Source: Fonticula alba ATCC 38817 (taxonomy: Eukaryota; Protista; Nucleariida). From it: 64,000 nt of DNA. How positions within the stretch are numbered: position 1 is the first letter of the stretch; each line of letters starts with the position of its first letter. Under the pieces are notes generated by a model. That model searched no databases and was not told the DNA's origin. It saw only the letters and a list, made by a program, of their open reading frames with translations. The position numbers and the translations under genes are program-made. The stretch lies in the NCBI GenBank assembly GCA_000388065.2, contig KB932209.1; one strand, 5' to 3'. Below are positions 63,965-64,000 of the stretch, piece by piece.

Positions 63965-64000
63965 CTGTGGGATGAGCCGGTCGGCGAGGGCGGGGGGGGG

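Overview
GC-rich, intron-containing eukaryotic DNA from a draft assembly with several N gaps. Fungal-like gene families (HAL2-type nucleotidase, PAT1, Reb1/DMTF1-like Myb) and the microsatellite-rich, high-GC style suggest a holomycotan protist such as Fonticula; this is inference only. I resolved 17 protein-coding genes by manual splice reconstruction: SRPK, Ubc6/UBE2J, HAL2/MET22, eIF2B-gamma, fumarase, PheRS-beta, an uncharacterised flavoprotein, a Pro-rich orphan, an alpha/beta hydrolase, an orphan membrane protein, TAD2, SMC2, a zinc-finger low-complexity protein, PAT1, an EGF/mucin-7TM receptor, PP5 and a Reb1-like Myb protein. No rRNA, tRNA, CRISPR array or transposon is supported. Main oddities: (1) 5' splice sites are almost all GT(G/A)CG(T/C), with C at +4; (2) a secreted-stalk EGF-7TM receptor; (3) an in-frame, stop-terminated exon-like block inside a fumarase intron; (4) a Myb exon lying out of coding order; (5) a hyper-substituted 25-codon patch in SMC2; (6) near-perfect gene strand alternation.
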